A DNA stretch of 61,002 nt, the filler included. It is 11 parts of 11 records of this genome, joined end to end, with 100 filler letters (N's around TTAATTAATTAA, not from the genome) between each part and the next. Parts side by side here need not be neighbours in the genome. Positions count along the whole stretch, not along the records: positions 29,695 to 33,425 come from SRR15195285_5591; positions 33,526 to 40,866 come from SRR15195285_5594; positions 40,967 to 48,386 come from SRR15195285_5596; 8 more parts are not named here. One strand, written 5' to 3'. Shown piece by piece: positions 29,897 through 41,340 of the stretch. Position numbers and translations under genes: made by a program. A model generated the notes under the pieces. That model ran no database searches, had not been told where the DNA came from, and saw nothing but the letters and a program-made list of their open reading frames with translations. Within the stretch, counting starts at the first letter, position 1; each line of letters starts with the position of its first letter.

Positions 29897-32525
29897 TTAG
29901 TGACCTGCGTCACACGCTAGACCCAAGTCGAGAGCGCCTTGGTCGCGCATAACGGCCATCAAAAAGAAGAGCACGTAGGTGAAGATCAATATGATACCCA
30001 TGACAGGCCGGAGGACGAACTTGAAGGCCGAGAAGGCACCGACGACGATGATGAGCACGACGACGAGGCACACAAGGTAGACGGAGACGTCGTCCACACA
30101 CATGGTGACCGGCTTGCCCTCTTTGAGTGCAGACAGAAAGTAAGGGAAGCCAAGGCCGAGCAGGATGTCGAAGACGTTGGAACCGAGCGCGTTGGATATG
30201 GCCATGTCACCGAGGCCGCGCTGTGCAACAACAATGGAGGAAATCGCATCGGGGACAGATGTCCCGGCGCTGAGGACAGTGAGGCCCATGACGGTAGAGC
30301 TGATGTCGCACATCTGGCCGATGAGGATGGCGAACTCGACCATGCCGTAGCAGATAACGCCGATCCAGATGATGGAGTTCACGAAGGAGACCCCGTACCA
30401 GCTTTTCCACTTCTCGGACTCGCAGTCCGGGATGGTGATCATGAAGAATATGTACCACGGGTACGAAAAGTACGTGAAAATCTTGTCGCCTAGCTCTTCA
30501 GGCTTCGGTACGCCGAGGCAGTCCACCGGGTCGTCCTCGTCCTCGTCCTCGTCCTCCTTCTTCTCTTCGGCGGCGGCGGCGGTGGTGTTGTCCGCTTCCG
30601 GGTCCTTTTTCTCAGCTGCCTCGCCCTCCTCGTCGCCAGCGACGGACTTGCGGCGCACACGCTCTTCTGGCTCCTCATCTGTGACCTTATCGGCCGTTTC
30701 GCCTAGAATTGCTTCGTTGAAATGCATGAAAACGATGTATCCTAGGTACGCCAGCCACATGATCAGACCTTCCCACCACGTCACCACGCCAGTGCTAGAG
30801 ACAGTGTCCACTACTCCATCGCCGGTTGAGTCAAACATGATGTACTGGTTGTCGATCAGGAACTTGCATTTCTCTTTGCCTTCAAGGGGATCTCCGCAGT
30901 TGGGATCATCCCCGACCAGCTCCTTGAGGTCCTGAACGTCCTCCGGTAGCACAAAGATGATGAGCAGCGCGATCGACAGCGCGTACCAGCACGTGTCGCG
31001 GATCATTGGCTTCCACCCGAGCTGGAGCGCCTGCCCAGCCAGCATGCACGTGGCACCGATAATCACGAGGATATTGAAGATGGCGGAGCCGACGATCGTG
31101 CCAACGCCGACGCTACTGCGATTGGCGCACTCGTCAATGATGATGACGGAGGAGAGCGAGGTGAACAGTTCCGGTGCAGAAGATCCGGCAGCCATGAAAG
31201 TCGCGCCGGCAACGTCTTCAGACAGCTCGAACTTGATGGAGAGCGCCTCGAGTGAAGCCGTGAAGAAATCGTCGCAGACGATGGCGATGCCGCAGAAGAG
31301 GTAGAACGTGGCGAACACGTACCACAGGAACAGTCCCCAGTTGAAAATTGGCTTGCTCATCATTTTCCTGAAGTCGCTGCTGTCAAGCTCTCCTTTTGCG
31401 GCGTTTGCCTCATCATCGTGCGTCTCCCAGTCTGCCATCTCTGCCACCAGAGCCGTCGCGATGTCGCCGGTTTCATCCTTTGCATCACGGCCGGTTGCGA
31501 CCAGGAGATGGCAGATAGCAGCTTTCCAGTCGTTGACGAAAAGTGTGGAGTCTTTGACCTCGCACAACGGATTCGCCGCACAGTCGTCGGGATTATCATG
31601 CAAGGCGGAAACCTCGCAGGTTGCCTTGTGCACCGGTAGTTTGGCGACGCAGAATGTCTGTGTGGTCAAGAAGGCGCTGATCTGGTCGCTCACATCCTCC
31701 TGCTTTTCGGCGGTTGACACATCAATTGTATGCGGGGTGTAGGTACCCCCAGCGGTCGTACACTTGACCTTGTTGGAGCCTTTGAAGTTGCTTGCGCCAA
31801 GCGTGTTGGCAGGCAACGTTGTAGTTGCAGTGCATTTCTCCACCGTTGCGATGTAGTCAAAAAGCTCGCCCGTCTCCTGCGTGGCGCACTTGTAGGTTGT
31901 GCCCTCCGTGCCAGATTCGGACGTAGCTGGGACTGGGACATAGTACTCGCCGCCAGTCTTGGGGCCAAAGGGGCCTGGGTAGGACGTGTGCACTCTTTGT
32001 TCCTGCCCTTCGATCGTCGTTGTAGTGGCAGCAGCGCACTCCGTGGCAAGGCGCCGACGGGCAACAGAGGCTGGGCTGTCGACGGTAGCCCACGGCTGAG
32101 TTGCAGCGTGATACAGCGTCACAGATACTGCCAACGCGCCGAACACTGCAGCGAACCGTGCCGGTCGTGGGTGGTTGCGCTGCCGAAGCGATGCCTGGGC
32201 GGTAGCAGCACCAGCAGAGCGGTCAGTGCAGACAGAACAACAGCACGAGAGCGGCGGGCGCGGCAGCATGATCGGACGGCAGGTCGCTAGCAAAACGGCC
32301 AATCTAGTGTGCTTGCTGTGAGCCCAGTTCCCCAGGCCATGTTGCACGACTGCCGGTAGCCTTGGCAGCCTTTTAGTACAGCAAGCATGGCGCCGTGCCC
32401 TCGGCCCCGGTGTGCGGGGCGCCGTTGTGGAAATGCTTCTCGCGCCAACTTCCACGGCAAGCTATGGGGGATGCTCATCGAGGGTCAAGGCTCACCTTGC
32501 TAGATCTTGCAGCAGATGTCATCAT
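29897..32525 (-). CDS. K+-dependent Na+/Ca2+ exchanger (SLC24/NCKX family); predicted short first exon 32496-32525 and intron 32195-32495
   Basis: Alpha-1 repeat AGATFMAAGSSAPELFTS, GTIVGSAIFNIL; alpha-2 repeat GLTVLSAGTSVPDAISS, SNALGSNVFDILLGLG; acidic cytosolic loop. The first exon MMTSAARSSK|gtgag ... ctgac...cccag joins in phase to ASLRQR. Confidence 0.92.
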
Positions 32526-32841
32526 CGTCGTCTGGGTCGTGTCCTGGCCACAACCTGCCGGCTTATTGTTTTGCGACCGTCTACCTGGATTGTAACAGCC
32601 GCCGTGCCAATGGCGTCACTGAACGTGAAGCTGCCGCTGCTTGCCTCTGCGTGCACGGCCGGGCGTGAGCTGCCGGGGTCTTATCTTTCAGCCACGCAGT
32701 ACCTAGTACACGTGCGGCTCTCCGCAAGCCGCCCCGCTCCGCGTCTGTGCGAGTGCGCCGCCCCCCCCCTCTCTCTCTCTCTCTCTCGCCCTCTGCTTTT
32801 GGAGCTGTTGGGGACAAGAAACAGCCACCGCCCGCTGGCCT

Positions 32842-33425
32842 ATGTACTAAGGTCCTAGTGTGTACACTACTGTACTGTACCAGTACAGTACCGGTAATCT
32901 AGTACTGGTACTTCTCTAGTACAGTACATGCCAGAATCGGAATCAGCAGGGGTATTTTGTTTGCCGGTTTCACCCTCTCGAAGACTCTTGATCTGAATGA
33001 TCACGAGGACCCGCCCGCATTGTGAAACGAGTACCGTACTACTACACTGTAGATCTAGTACTAGTATACTATAGATAGTACCGGTACTGTACCGTACAGT
33101 ATACATATGATATTAGTAGTACTGGCACATGTACTAGTACCGGACACTAGAGCTAGATTCGCATTGCACTAGCTAGTATAGTACTATGAATAGCTATAAT
33201 GGTGCCGTACTGGTAGTGGCTGGCGTGTGTTGGAAAGAAGAGAAAGTGGGAACATCAATGAGAATGGCATCGGTGAGAAGGACGAAGAGAAACGAGAATA
33301 CGTGTACTATTATAGTACACGTACACGTATTCTCGTACCAGTACTAGTACAGTCAAGAAGGACCAGCGGGAAACCGACCATGTTCCTCAGTGGAAAAAGT
33401 CCTATTCTCAGGATTCTGCGTACTT
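32842..33425. promoter_or_regulatory. Non-coding block rich in GTAC/CTAG palindromes upstream of the NCKX gene (function unknown)
   Basis: Dense agtact, actagt, tgtaca, accggt, gtatac and agatct words, unlike the coding DNA. Similar blocks occur at about 15535-15660, 48845-48970, 53355-53610 and 57940-57972. Confidence 0.5.
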
Positions 33426-33825
33426 NNNNNNNNNNNNNNNNNNNNNNNNNNNNNNNNNNNNNNNNNNNNTTAATTAATTAANNNNNNNNNNNNNNNNNNN
33501 NNNNNNNNNNNNNNNNNNNNNNNNNACTCGAATTATCCGCACTTTGATTTGGAACACAGACATGATGCGTTCAGGGCGATCCCGGTGTTAATGCACTCCG
33601 GCGCTTTATTGTACATTACGAATCCGTACCGGTTCGCGCGCGAACGTATATCGGAACGCCATGCGCACGCTCACCGCGACCCGCCGGCGCCGCGCTAGCG
33701 CATGATCCGATCGCGATCGCGCCCCGCCGGCGGCGCGGCGCCGCGCCGGCGCACATCTGTGCGCTCGCGGGCGCGCCGCATCGCCGTACGTAGCGGCGAC
33801 GACGGCCGTGGGGGCTGGTCGCGCC

Positions 33826-35964
33826 ATGCTTATGGCGTCGGCACGTCTTGGCACAGGCAGCGCCCAAGCGACCTGTGCTGCAGGGTGGAGACCGCTCTGC
33901 ACCTTCCGTGGCGCCTTCATCACAGCGCAGCAGCGCGGGCGGCGGTTGTTCTGGGCACAGGGTCGATCGAGTGTGGCAGTGGCGGCGGCGGTCGCAGCTG
34001 GCGCGGGGGTGGCTGTGGCGGTGGTGGAGCCAGCGGCACCAGCTGTCTGCCTCGCCAAGACGGCCAACGAGCCGCTTGCTCGAAAGCACCGGGTGTCCAT
34101 CGTCGCCGGGGTGCTCCGCAACGCCGTGTGGGAGAAGGACCCGCGATGCCGCGACCTGCCGACACTGTTGAAGCACCTCAAGGCCGCCGGGTATGACGGC
34201 ACTGAGACGGGATGTGGCGACCTGATCATGTGCTTTTACCAGGATAAGTCGCCTGAGGAGGCGATACCGATCATTCGCGAGGAGTTCCATCGCGCTGGAA
34301 TGCAGCCGCTGGGGGCGAACTACCTCGTGACAGACGAGCAACGTGCTGTGGATGGCACTACCTCAAATACTTACCCACGTGGCAACGTGAGCGAGCCATC
34401 TTGCCGAGCCAGCACACACATAGCGTCGGCCTTCATGAGCTCGTGGCATAATTGTTGTGGTGCCGCGTTCTATTGGCTTCGTCTTATGCGTGGCGCATTG
34501 CAGCAATGGGGAGGCGCTGCTTCACCAGCTGACGGTCGACCTGGGAACCAGGGCAAAGGAGGCGAAATCCCACCCGCGAGTGTCGCTGGCCGTGGGCGAG
34601 GGGCTGGCTGGGACCACAATTTTCAGGACCACGACTGGCTTGCACGACTCCGCACAACTGTGCAGTACGATGCGCAGATTGGATGCCAGTGTACGTTGAC
34701 ATCCTTTGATTCTCCGACCTCCATGTGTGGTGCTATCAAATTCTTTCCAGTCTTCAAGGCTATCGCCCAAGAAATGTTAACCTGTGATTGTGTCAATGTG
34801 GCGTGCTCAGACATTACCTTTCAGATGTTCTTGCCCGACCATCATCAGGGCGTCGGGGGCGAGTACCGGAAAGACAAGGAATATCTTCGTTTGGCTGCCC
34901 GACGCATCGCAGAGGCACAGCGCGTGTGCTTCGAGGCAGGACTCAACATGTATGTTGAGACGCACATCCAGCGCGTGAGCGAAGACCCCGGAGCATTCGT
35001 CGAGATCATGGTACGCTTACAACGCACTCAATTTCCAACGCACTCAACCGTATGTGACTGCATCAAACTGGAATAGTAGTGTACACATCCCAATATCATT
35101 GTGCTCGGTTGCGTCCAGTCTGGAGGTACTCTTCAGTAGTCTTCAATATAATTATTGACGAATCGACTTCGTGGCACAGGATATTGCACAGCGGGAGTAT
35201 GGATGTTACTTTGAACTGAATGGTGATTTGAGCCATTATCTCTACAGAGGATATGCGAACGATAAGGGTTACTTGCCGGCGATCATGGCACGGTACTTGC
35301 CACACTGTACAGCTCATAGTCTGTAGTTACCTTTTGTGATTCGAATGGGTTGTGTCCGATGGTGGAGTCACAGTGGCAGCTTTGCTAGTCGGTGTGTGAA
35401 AGTGCTAAGGTCGTTTTTGGTGGACTGCGCAGCGTTAATCACATGCATCAACGGATGGCGAGGCAGCATGGTGACCTGAGCGCAGATGTACCGGACCCTG
35501 TTAAGGATTGGAACGACAAAGGGGTCACCTATCAGGCCTTCCAGTATGTCTTACATTATACCTCGCAACATCCTTTTGCACAATGACTTGCCGATCCGTT
35601 TCTCCTCCCATTTTCTCGAGACTCTAAATGGTTAGATTTGTGCCGAAGGTATGGACGACCTGCCTGGGACAATGGTGGACTCTCTAGCCGCACAATCAGC
35701 GGTGAAACACTGGGGATGTGTGATCCTGCGTTGGCTGGCAAGCACGGTGTCGCGCTGTCTCTTGACGCGACGCTCGTACCGCTTTGGCGTAAGATGTGCC
35801 AGTATGCCGACAGCAAGATCGGCAACTACTCGGCTCCTCCTCCTCCAACACAGTCGCCATCGTCAGCAGAGCCGCCGGTAAATCCTTGGAAATCTAGCCA
35901 CGGGCAAAGCAGCGAAGCTCAGACCAACGTGAGCGCTCACGTGGGGCCACGATGGTCACGGTAA
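33826..35964 (+). CDS. Xylose-isomerase-like TIM-barrel protein (sugar-phosphate isomerase/epimerase superfamily), multi-exon, with a possible organellar presequence
   Basis: LKAAGYDGTE, MYVETHIQRVSEDP, (F)ELNGDLSHYLY (about 35210-35245), NHMHQRM and ISGETLG give the metal-ligand E, D/H, H, E pattern. The N-terminus is Arg/Ala-rich. Several GT-AG introns are present but not all boundaries were resolved. Confidence 0.7.
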
Positions 35965-36099
35965 TTGTTGCATAAGTGAGTGTATTGCGGTTGATTGTAC
36001 ACCGGCGGAACAATTCTAGCACTGGCAACTGTCCCTCGGGTGGCAATTTACTGGCCATCGGTTTCGAGCCCTTTATCTTGGCATTGCATGCAGGTCAAA

Positions 36100-37639
36100 T
36101 CAGGGTGTGGTGCGGATGGCTTGAGCCATCGCGTACCAAGGCACGCTTCGATTCGCGTCAATTGCTCCATTGTATAGCCAAGTAGGCGCTCGAGTCACCT
36201 ACTCATACAACAATTATCAGCAGGTTGGATGGCATTGCTGACATGATCCAAGCGCATCGCACCGGGTCAAAAAGTAGCGCCGGCCGCTCCCTCCCACTAA
36301 GCGTAATGGCTGAACCATCATCAAGCTCCACATGATCCGTATAAAGTGAAGAGCAGTTGTGCAGAGATGGAGAGATTGGCTCGTGTGCGTCGCGACGAGC
36401 ACACTTGGGAAGCAAGGCGTCTGGTGCTTTGTGCCACGTACGTCCGTCCGCACTAAAGGCATGCAATCCATGATTCACGTGGCTGGAGCGGCCATTGTGA
36501 TAAAGACAGTGCATGCTGCCATCTGGCTGCTGCCAAACGAACGGATCCTCGTCGTTTCCGCTGCATCCACCAAGCATGGGAGTAAGAACCAGAGGTAGAC
36601 CAGCTGGACCCAAAGAAACAATGCAAAGTCACAGCGAGCACAGCTGATAGCGATCTTACTACTGCCAGGACAAGTTTCCAGTAATCGTGTATGGGCCTTC
36701 GATGCTATCACTCATCGCAAAACCGGTGTGCTCACCACTACCATAAGTCTCGTTCAGCTTGGATTCAATCTGCGGCCAGTAGCCTGCGTGCGACCGAACT
36801 GAGAGCAGACTTCGACCGTCGTGGAGTTGCACAAACGTCGGGTTGCTTGTTCCTATAGAGTGCAGAGTTGCGTTGTAAGGCGACCAGCCAGGGCCAACGA
36901 TATCAATCGGGGCGACCCGCCAAGGACCATCAGGCCAGTGCTCTGTTGATGCAGCATACACGCCAGAGTGGACCTCAGGGCAGTGCCGAGAGACCCGCGA
37001 GCAGAGGCAACTGTGACCGAGACTTGGCGCTTCGTCTGCACCACACGGTCGCAGGACAGGCTCCATTTGCGCTGCTGAACTGACGTCATCGCCTACGCAG
37101 ATTGAGGCTGTCGGATCTTTCGTCTGGTTGGCTGGATAGATCCCGGATGCCAGTGCGTTGAGGAACAGAGTGAAGGTTCCGTTGCCCAGTCTCTTCATGT
37201 GTGGGCAGTTCGTACCCGCAGGTCCGAGCCGCCGCTCGAACCTCCAATCCCCGTCAGGACGCACCGACGAGACCGCAGCTAGCCACACGTCAGCGCCCCA
37301 TTTATCACACACTGCTTCTACTGCAGCGATATACCGTTTGGTGACAGGGTCGAACGCGGGTGCGAAGCTCCAACCGATAGTGCCGTGCTGCTTCGTGCGA
37401 TCATGCGTTGCGTATGGCTCAGTTGTGCGCGGCCAAACACGACCGTGCGTCGCTGCTGGCACAGGCAGCAGATCAAGCTGCCCACAGGATGGTCCGCGGA
37501 AGCCCGTTGCACAGACACACCTGCCAGCCTGACAGGTACCCAGCAGCTCGCAGTCCAGGTGCGAAGTACATTGCGCCAGCGCGCTCTGTCCTCGTCCTGC
37601 CACCGCGACTGCGACGAGAATACTGAGCTTAATGGGCAT
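36100..37639 (-). CDS. Secreted glycoside-hydrolase-like five-bladed beta-propeller (GH43/32-like) with N-terminal EGF-like module; two 3' introns
   Basis: Signal peptide; CTSHLDCELLGTCQAGRCVCATGFRGPSC; SNPT; SDSIEGPY; after splicing, GNDEDPFVWQQPDGSMHCLYH and RERPALLFDP|VTRAPTWLYNG...TTP*. Confidence 0.7.
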
Positions 37640-38052
37640 CCCTGTACTCTACGGCTAGTGCCTCGATCGGGTTTGGCTGCGGGCTGCTGCAAGCCCCCGA
37701 TCCAATCGAGGCACTAGAGTTGATAGCGCGCGGGATCCCTGCTAGCTCCGGCGTACCGGCGACGTACGGTACCGGGGTACCGCCCGCCGGCGCGGCGAGC
37801 GGCGTCCCAGCTCCCGCGGCCGGCGACCACCCCGATCCCCGTGCGGGCCGTGGGGGCCGCCAGGCGGCCGGATGCGCACGCATGCGCGAGTCCCAGCCAG
37901 GCACCCGTGCATGGGTCAGAATTCAACACTCCGCGAGTGAAAACAACACCATTTTCAAGAGGGATCCCTACTGTAGCCGGAATGCGCAAGAAAAAGCGCT
38001 GAGCGACTCGAGGTGCACCTGCAGTTCTCAGTGAGTTTTCCCTAATCCCAAC

Positions 38053-38107
38053 GAATCCAACCCACCCTCTCGATGATCTAGAGATCGTCAGGGTCCGGGT
38101 TGGATTC
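38053..38107. repeat. Imperfect inverted repeat (hairpin)
   Basis: gaatccaaccc pairs perfectly with gggttggattc (11 bp); inside it accct pairs with agggt and gatgatct with agatcgtc. Confidence 0.7.
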
Positions 38108-38548
38108 TCGTCGAGTACTATAGAACGCACCAATAAATACCGCAGACTCCGCGGACCGCCCCAAGCCACCGGTTTTCTTCGCATACCAGTATTGATATCA
38201 GTATGGTTCTGAGGTTCTCGGCGGCCCCGCCTGTGAATGACTCATCAGCTCGCAGTTGTTGGAAGAGAGCCGTTCTGGGGGAGAAGGCGAAGGGCGGGGA
38301 GGGCGCGCTCTGCCGCTTGCTGATCCCGAGCACTGCGGAGGAGGCGGGGAGTGGGCGGGAGGGGCGGGGGCCCCCCGCCGGGGGGAGGAGGGGTTTGATC
38401 GGGCGAGAGGGAGAGAGCGTTGGTGTGAACGTTGGCCAACGCGTCGACGCGGTGGATGTCCACTATGTAGTGCAGTGACGCACTGACTTTTTTGGCCTTC
38501 GGGAGGGTGGACTTCTTGCGGGCGGTTGGGCGTTCAGGGAGGTGGGGA

Positions 38549-40866
38549 ATGGCGTCGCAGGAGACGCCGATGCGCTCTCCGGAGGCGATCCGGGACGAAC
38601 TGAAGGCGAGGCTGGATGGTCTGGTCGAGGCGAGCCTCGATGAGCTGCACGACTTTGCGGGTCAGCGGGAGCAGGGGGCAGATCCATCCATATCTGGTCG
38701 GCCTGACCGGCTGAGTCCGGAAGCACGCAATGTGGATGGGGCACGCGATGCGACTGCCCCGGGATCACGCTGGTCCGACGACGAGTCCTTGACCCTCGGA
38801 CTCAGTCCGCTTGAGCCCGATGACGACGATGATGGTGCGCTCTCTCGATACCAGTCGGTGGAGGAGCCTCACATGGACAGCAGCGATGAACTTGACGACG
38901 ACACGTACGAAGGAGTCAAGACCGCAATCGAACGGTCCTCGCAGCAGAGCAGCCCAATGTCCCCTGCGTCTGTGTCCCACGTGTCTGCCGCCTCTAGCTA
39001 CGAGCCGCAGGCCCCAACGGCACAGCCGCACAGCCCGTCCCCAGAGTCTGGGGAGGCGGCGTTTCTTGCCGCCACAGCGAAGGGACAGGCCAAGGCGAAG
39101 CACAAGACCCAGTTGATGCGCCAGCAAGCCGCAGCAAAGCAGTCCTGGGACCACAGTCCCAAAGCTACCACAACGGGCGGGGGGGGGCCAGCGTCAGTGG
39201 GGAGATCGCCGCGCGGAGCCGCGGGATCAGAGCCACCGCCTTCGGAGCGGCCCTTGCCGGCGTGGACAGAGCGTGGTCCACGTAAAGGTGAAAGAGTTTG
39301 CGTTGTCGACAGGGAGAGCCCCCACGTGCACAAGTTTGGGCAGGTCGTTGGGCATCGAACTCGGGAGGTGACATGTGACATCGCGTCGCCGAGCGACTGG
39401 CGACAGGATTCTCGTCACTCGCCGACGGAACGCACGCGGTATTCTCGTCGCTCGCCGACGGAACGCACGCGGTATGTCGGGACAGTGTCAATCCGACTCG
39501 AGGACAGAACAGGTCATATCTCAGAGGCTGACACGCCATTTGTGGTACAGCTATCGGCGATTGTACCGGCCGAAGCTGCCGAGGTGCAGAGCAGCTTCCG
39601 CCGTCCAAAACCCAGCACAGTTGAGCATGTGCCTCTGCCAAGAACCGCCCCGAGTCAAGAGCGATATGGCCTGGTGCAGCTCAACCGCGTGATCAAAGCG
39701 CTGCGGAAAAAAACGGGAGCGAACAATTTACCGCTCATGGCTGAGCAAGAGTTCAGGGACCTACTGCAGCCCGACTCATCTGTCCACGGGCTGCTGTTCC
39801 CAAAATTCTCCGAATGGTACGTGAGTAAAGTGAAGAACATCCAAGACGAAGATAAGAAGAAGAAGACTAGCGAGACCTTCAATTTAGCACGGGACATTAC
39901 TGCTAGTATGATTACCGAAGCTCTGCGGGCAGTGAAGCTTGCCGATCGGGAGAAGCAGGAGCAGGAGCTGGCCAGGACGATGGCTGCCGATCGCGAGAGG
40001 AAAGATCGGGAAGCGCAGGAGCGGCGCGAGAAGCAACCACGATTCGTGCAGGAGAAAAACAAGGAATTCAAGGTTTTGTATTCAAGAGTGTCAAGGGAAG
40101 AAGAGACGCAGCGGTTGCGCAAGGAGCTCGCGAGTAAAACCTCACCTGAGGAGCTGAGCAAGCAGTACCGATATCGAGATGCGGAGGCGCGACGAGAGCT
40201 TCACAGGCGAGGGCGTGAGGAAGCCATGAGCCCGGGCGGCAGGTCGCCGGAAGGGCGCGGCATTCGACTCACGATGAAAATGGCCGCAATGCATGCGTCG
40301 GCTGCCCAGTCCTGGGCAGGCATGGCCAGCAGACCGGATGGTGAGCAGGCAGACGTGGAAGTCAGTGCCGCAAAACCTCGCGGCCTCAATGGGGTGTCGA
40401 TCAGTTTTGAGTACGATGAGAAGCACATCGCAGCGCACGAGGAGCGAGCGACCTTGGTAGCACGACAAGAGCAGACACGTTTGTATGAGCTGGTAGACCT
40501 TAATCGCGTGATCAGAGCGCTGCGGAGAAAAACGGGGGCCGACAAACTACCGCTTGTGACGGAGCACGAGTTCAGCAAGCTTCTACAGCCCGAGTCTACT
40601 GTCAGCAGGGTGCCGTTCCGAGATTTCACCGAATGGTACGTGGATAAGCTTAAGAAGAAGACGAGCGAAAGCTACAATTTGTCGCGGGACATTTCCGCTG
40701 GTATGGTTGTCGATGCTCTGCGGGCAGTGAGGATTGCTGATCCAGATTTTGCTGAAGGTAGCAGCAGCAGGAGTCGGGAACGTGCCCAACCGGGAAGTAA
40801 GCAGAAGCTGCGCCCTAGGCGCTCCGGCCCAGGTCCGACAGAGCCGGAGCCGGAGCCGGAGCCGGA
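38549..40866 (+). CDS. Hypothetical protein (3'-partial) with a KOW/SH3-like segment, a coiled coil and two copies of an approximately 88-aa unknown domain
   Basis: Long open frame with KGERVCVVDRESPHVHKFGQVVG and the duplicated domain LNRVI(K/R)ALR(K/R)KTGA..LPL..E.EF..LLQP.S.V...F..F.EWYV.K.K...KKTSE..NL.RDI.A.M...ALRAV..AD; ends in PE repeats at the contig break. Confidence 0.75.
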
Positions 40867-41340
40867 NNNNNNNNNNNNNNNNNNNNNNNNNNNNNNNNNN
40901 NNNNNNNNNNTTAATTAATTAANNNNNNNNNNNNNNNNNNNNNNNNNNNNNNNNNNNNNNNNNNNNCATTGGCACCGATCATATATGGGCTATGGGCAAT
41001 ATTTTCCATTTCAGACTACGCAAATCAATCAAATGAAAATACCCCGGCGTTTGATTTTGCAATTGCATGAATGAGAATCCTTGCGGCCGACCGGTGCTGT
41101 GGCTGCTGGTCAGGACGGCTGATGATGCGGGGTAGAAGGGTGGCGGCAGGCGGCAGCCAGCGCCAGTGCCAGCGCCAGAGCGGATCTCTGTGGGCGGAGT
41201 GATCGTCCGGTAGCCCCGGGCGGATTACCTGCCGCCGCTCCGTCGCTGGAGCGGGAGCGAGGCCTCCGTCAGGCGGCAGGCGTCGCGACGACAGTTTTTT
41301 GGGGTGGGTTTTCTCTCTTTCTCTGAAGAAGGATACTGCG

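Noticed and set aside
39408-39474. 33-bp tandem duplication (SR(H/R)SPTERTRY x2), superficially like a CRISPR repeat
   Set aside because: Only two adjacent in-frame copies, no spacers, inside a eukaryotic CDS.
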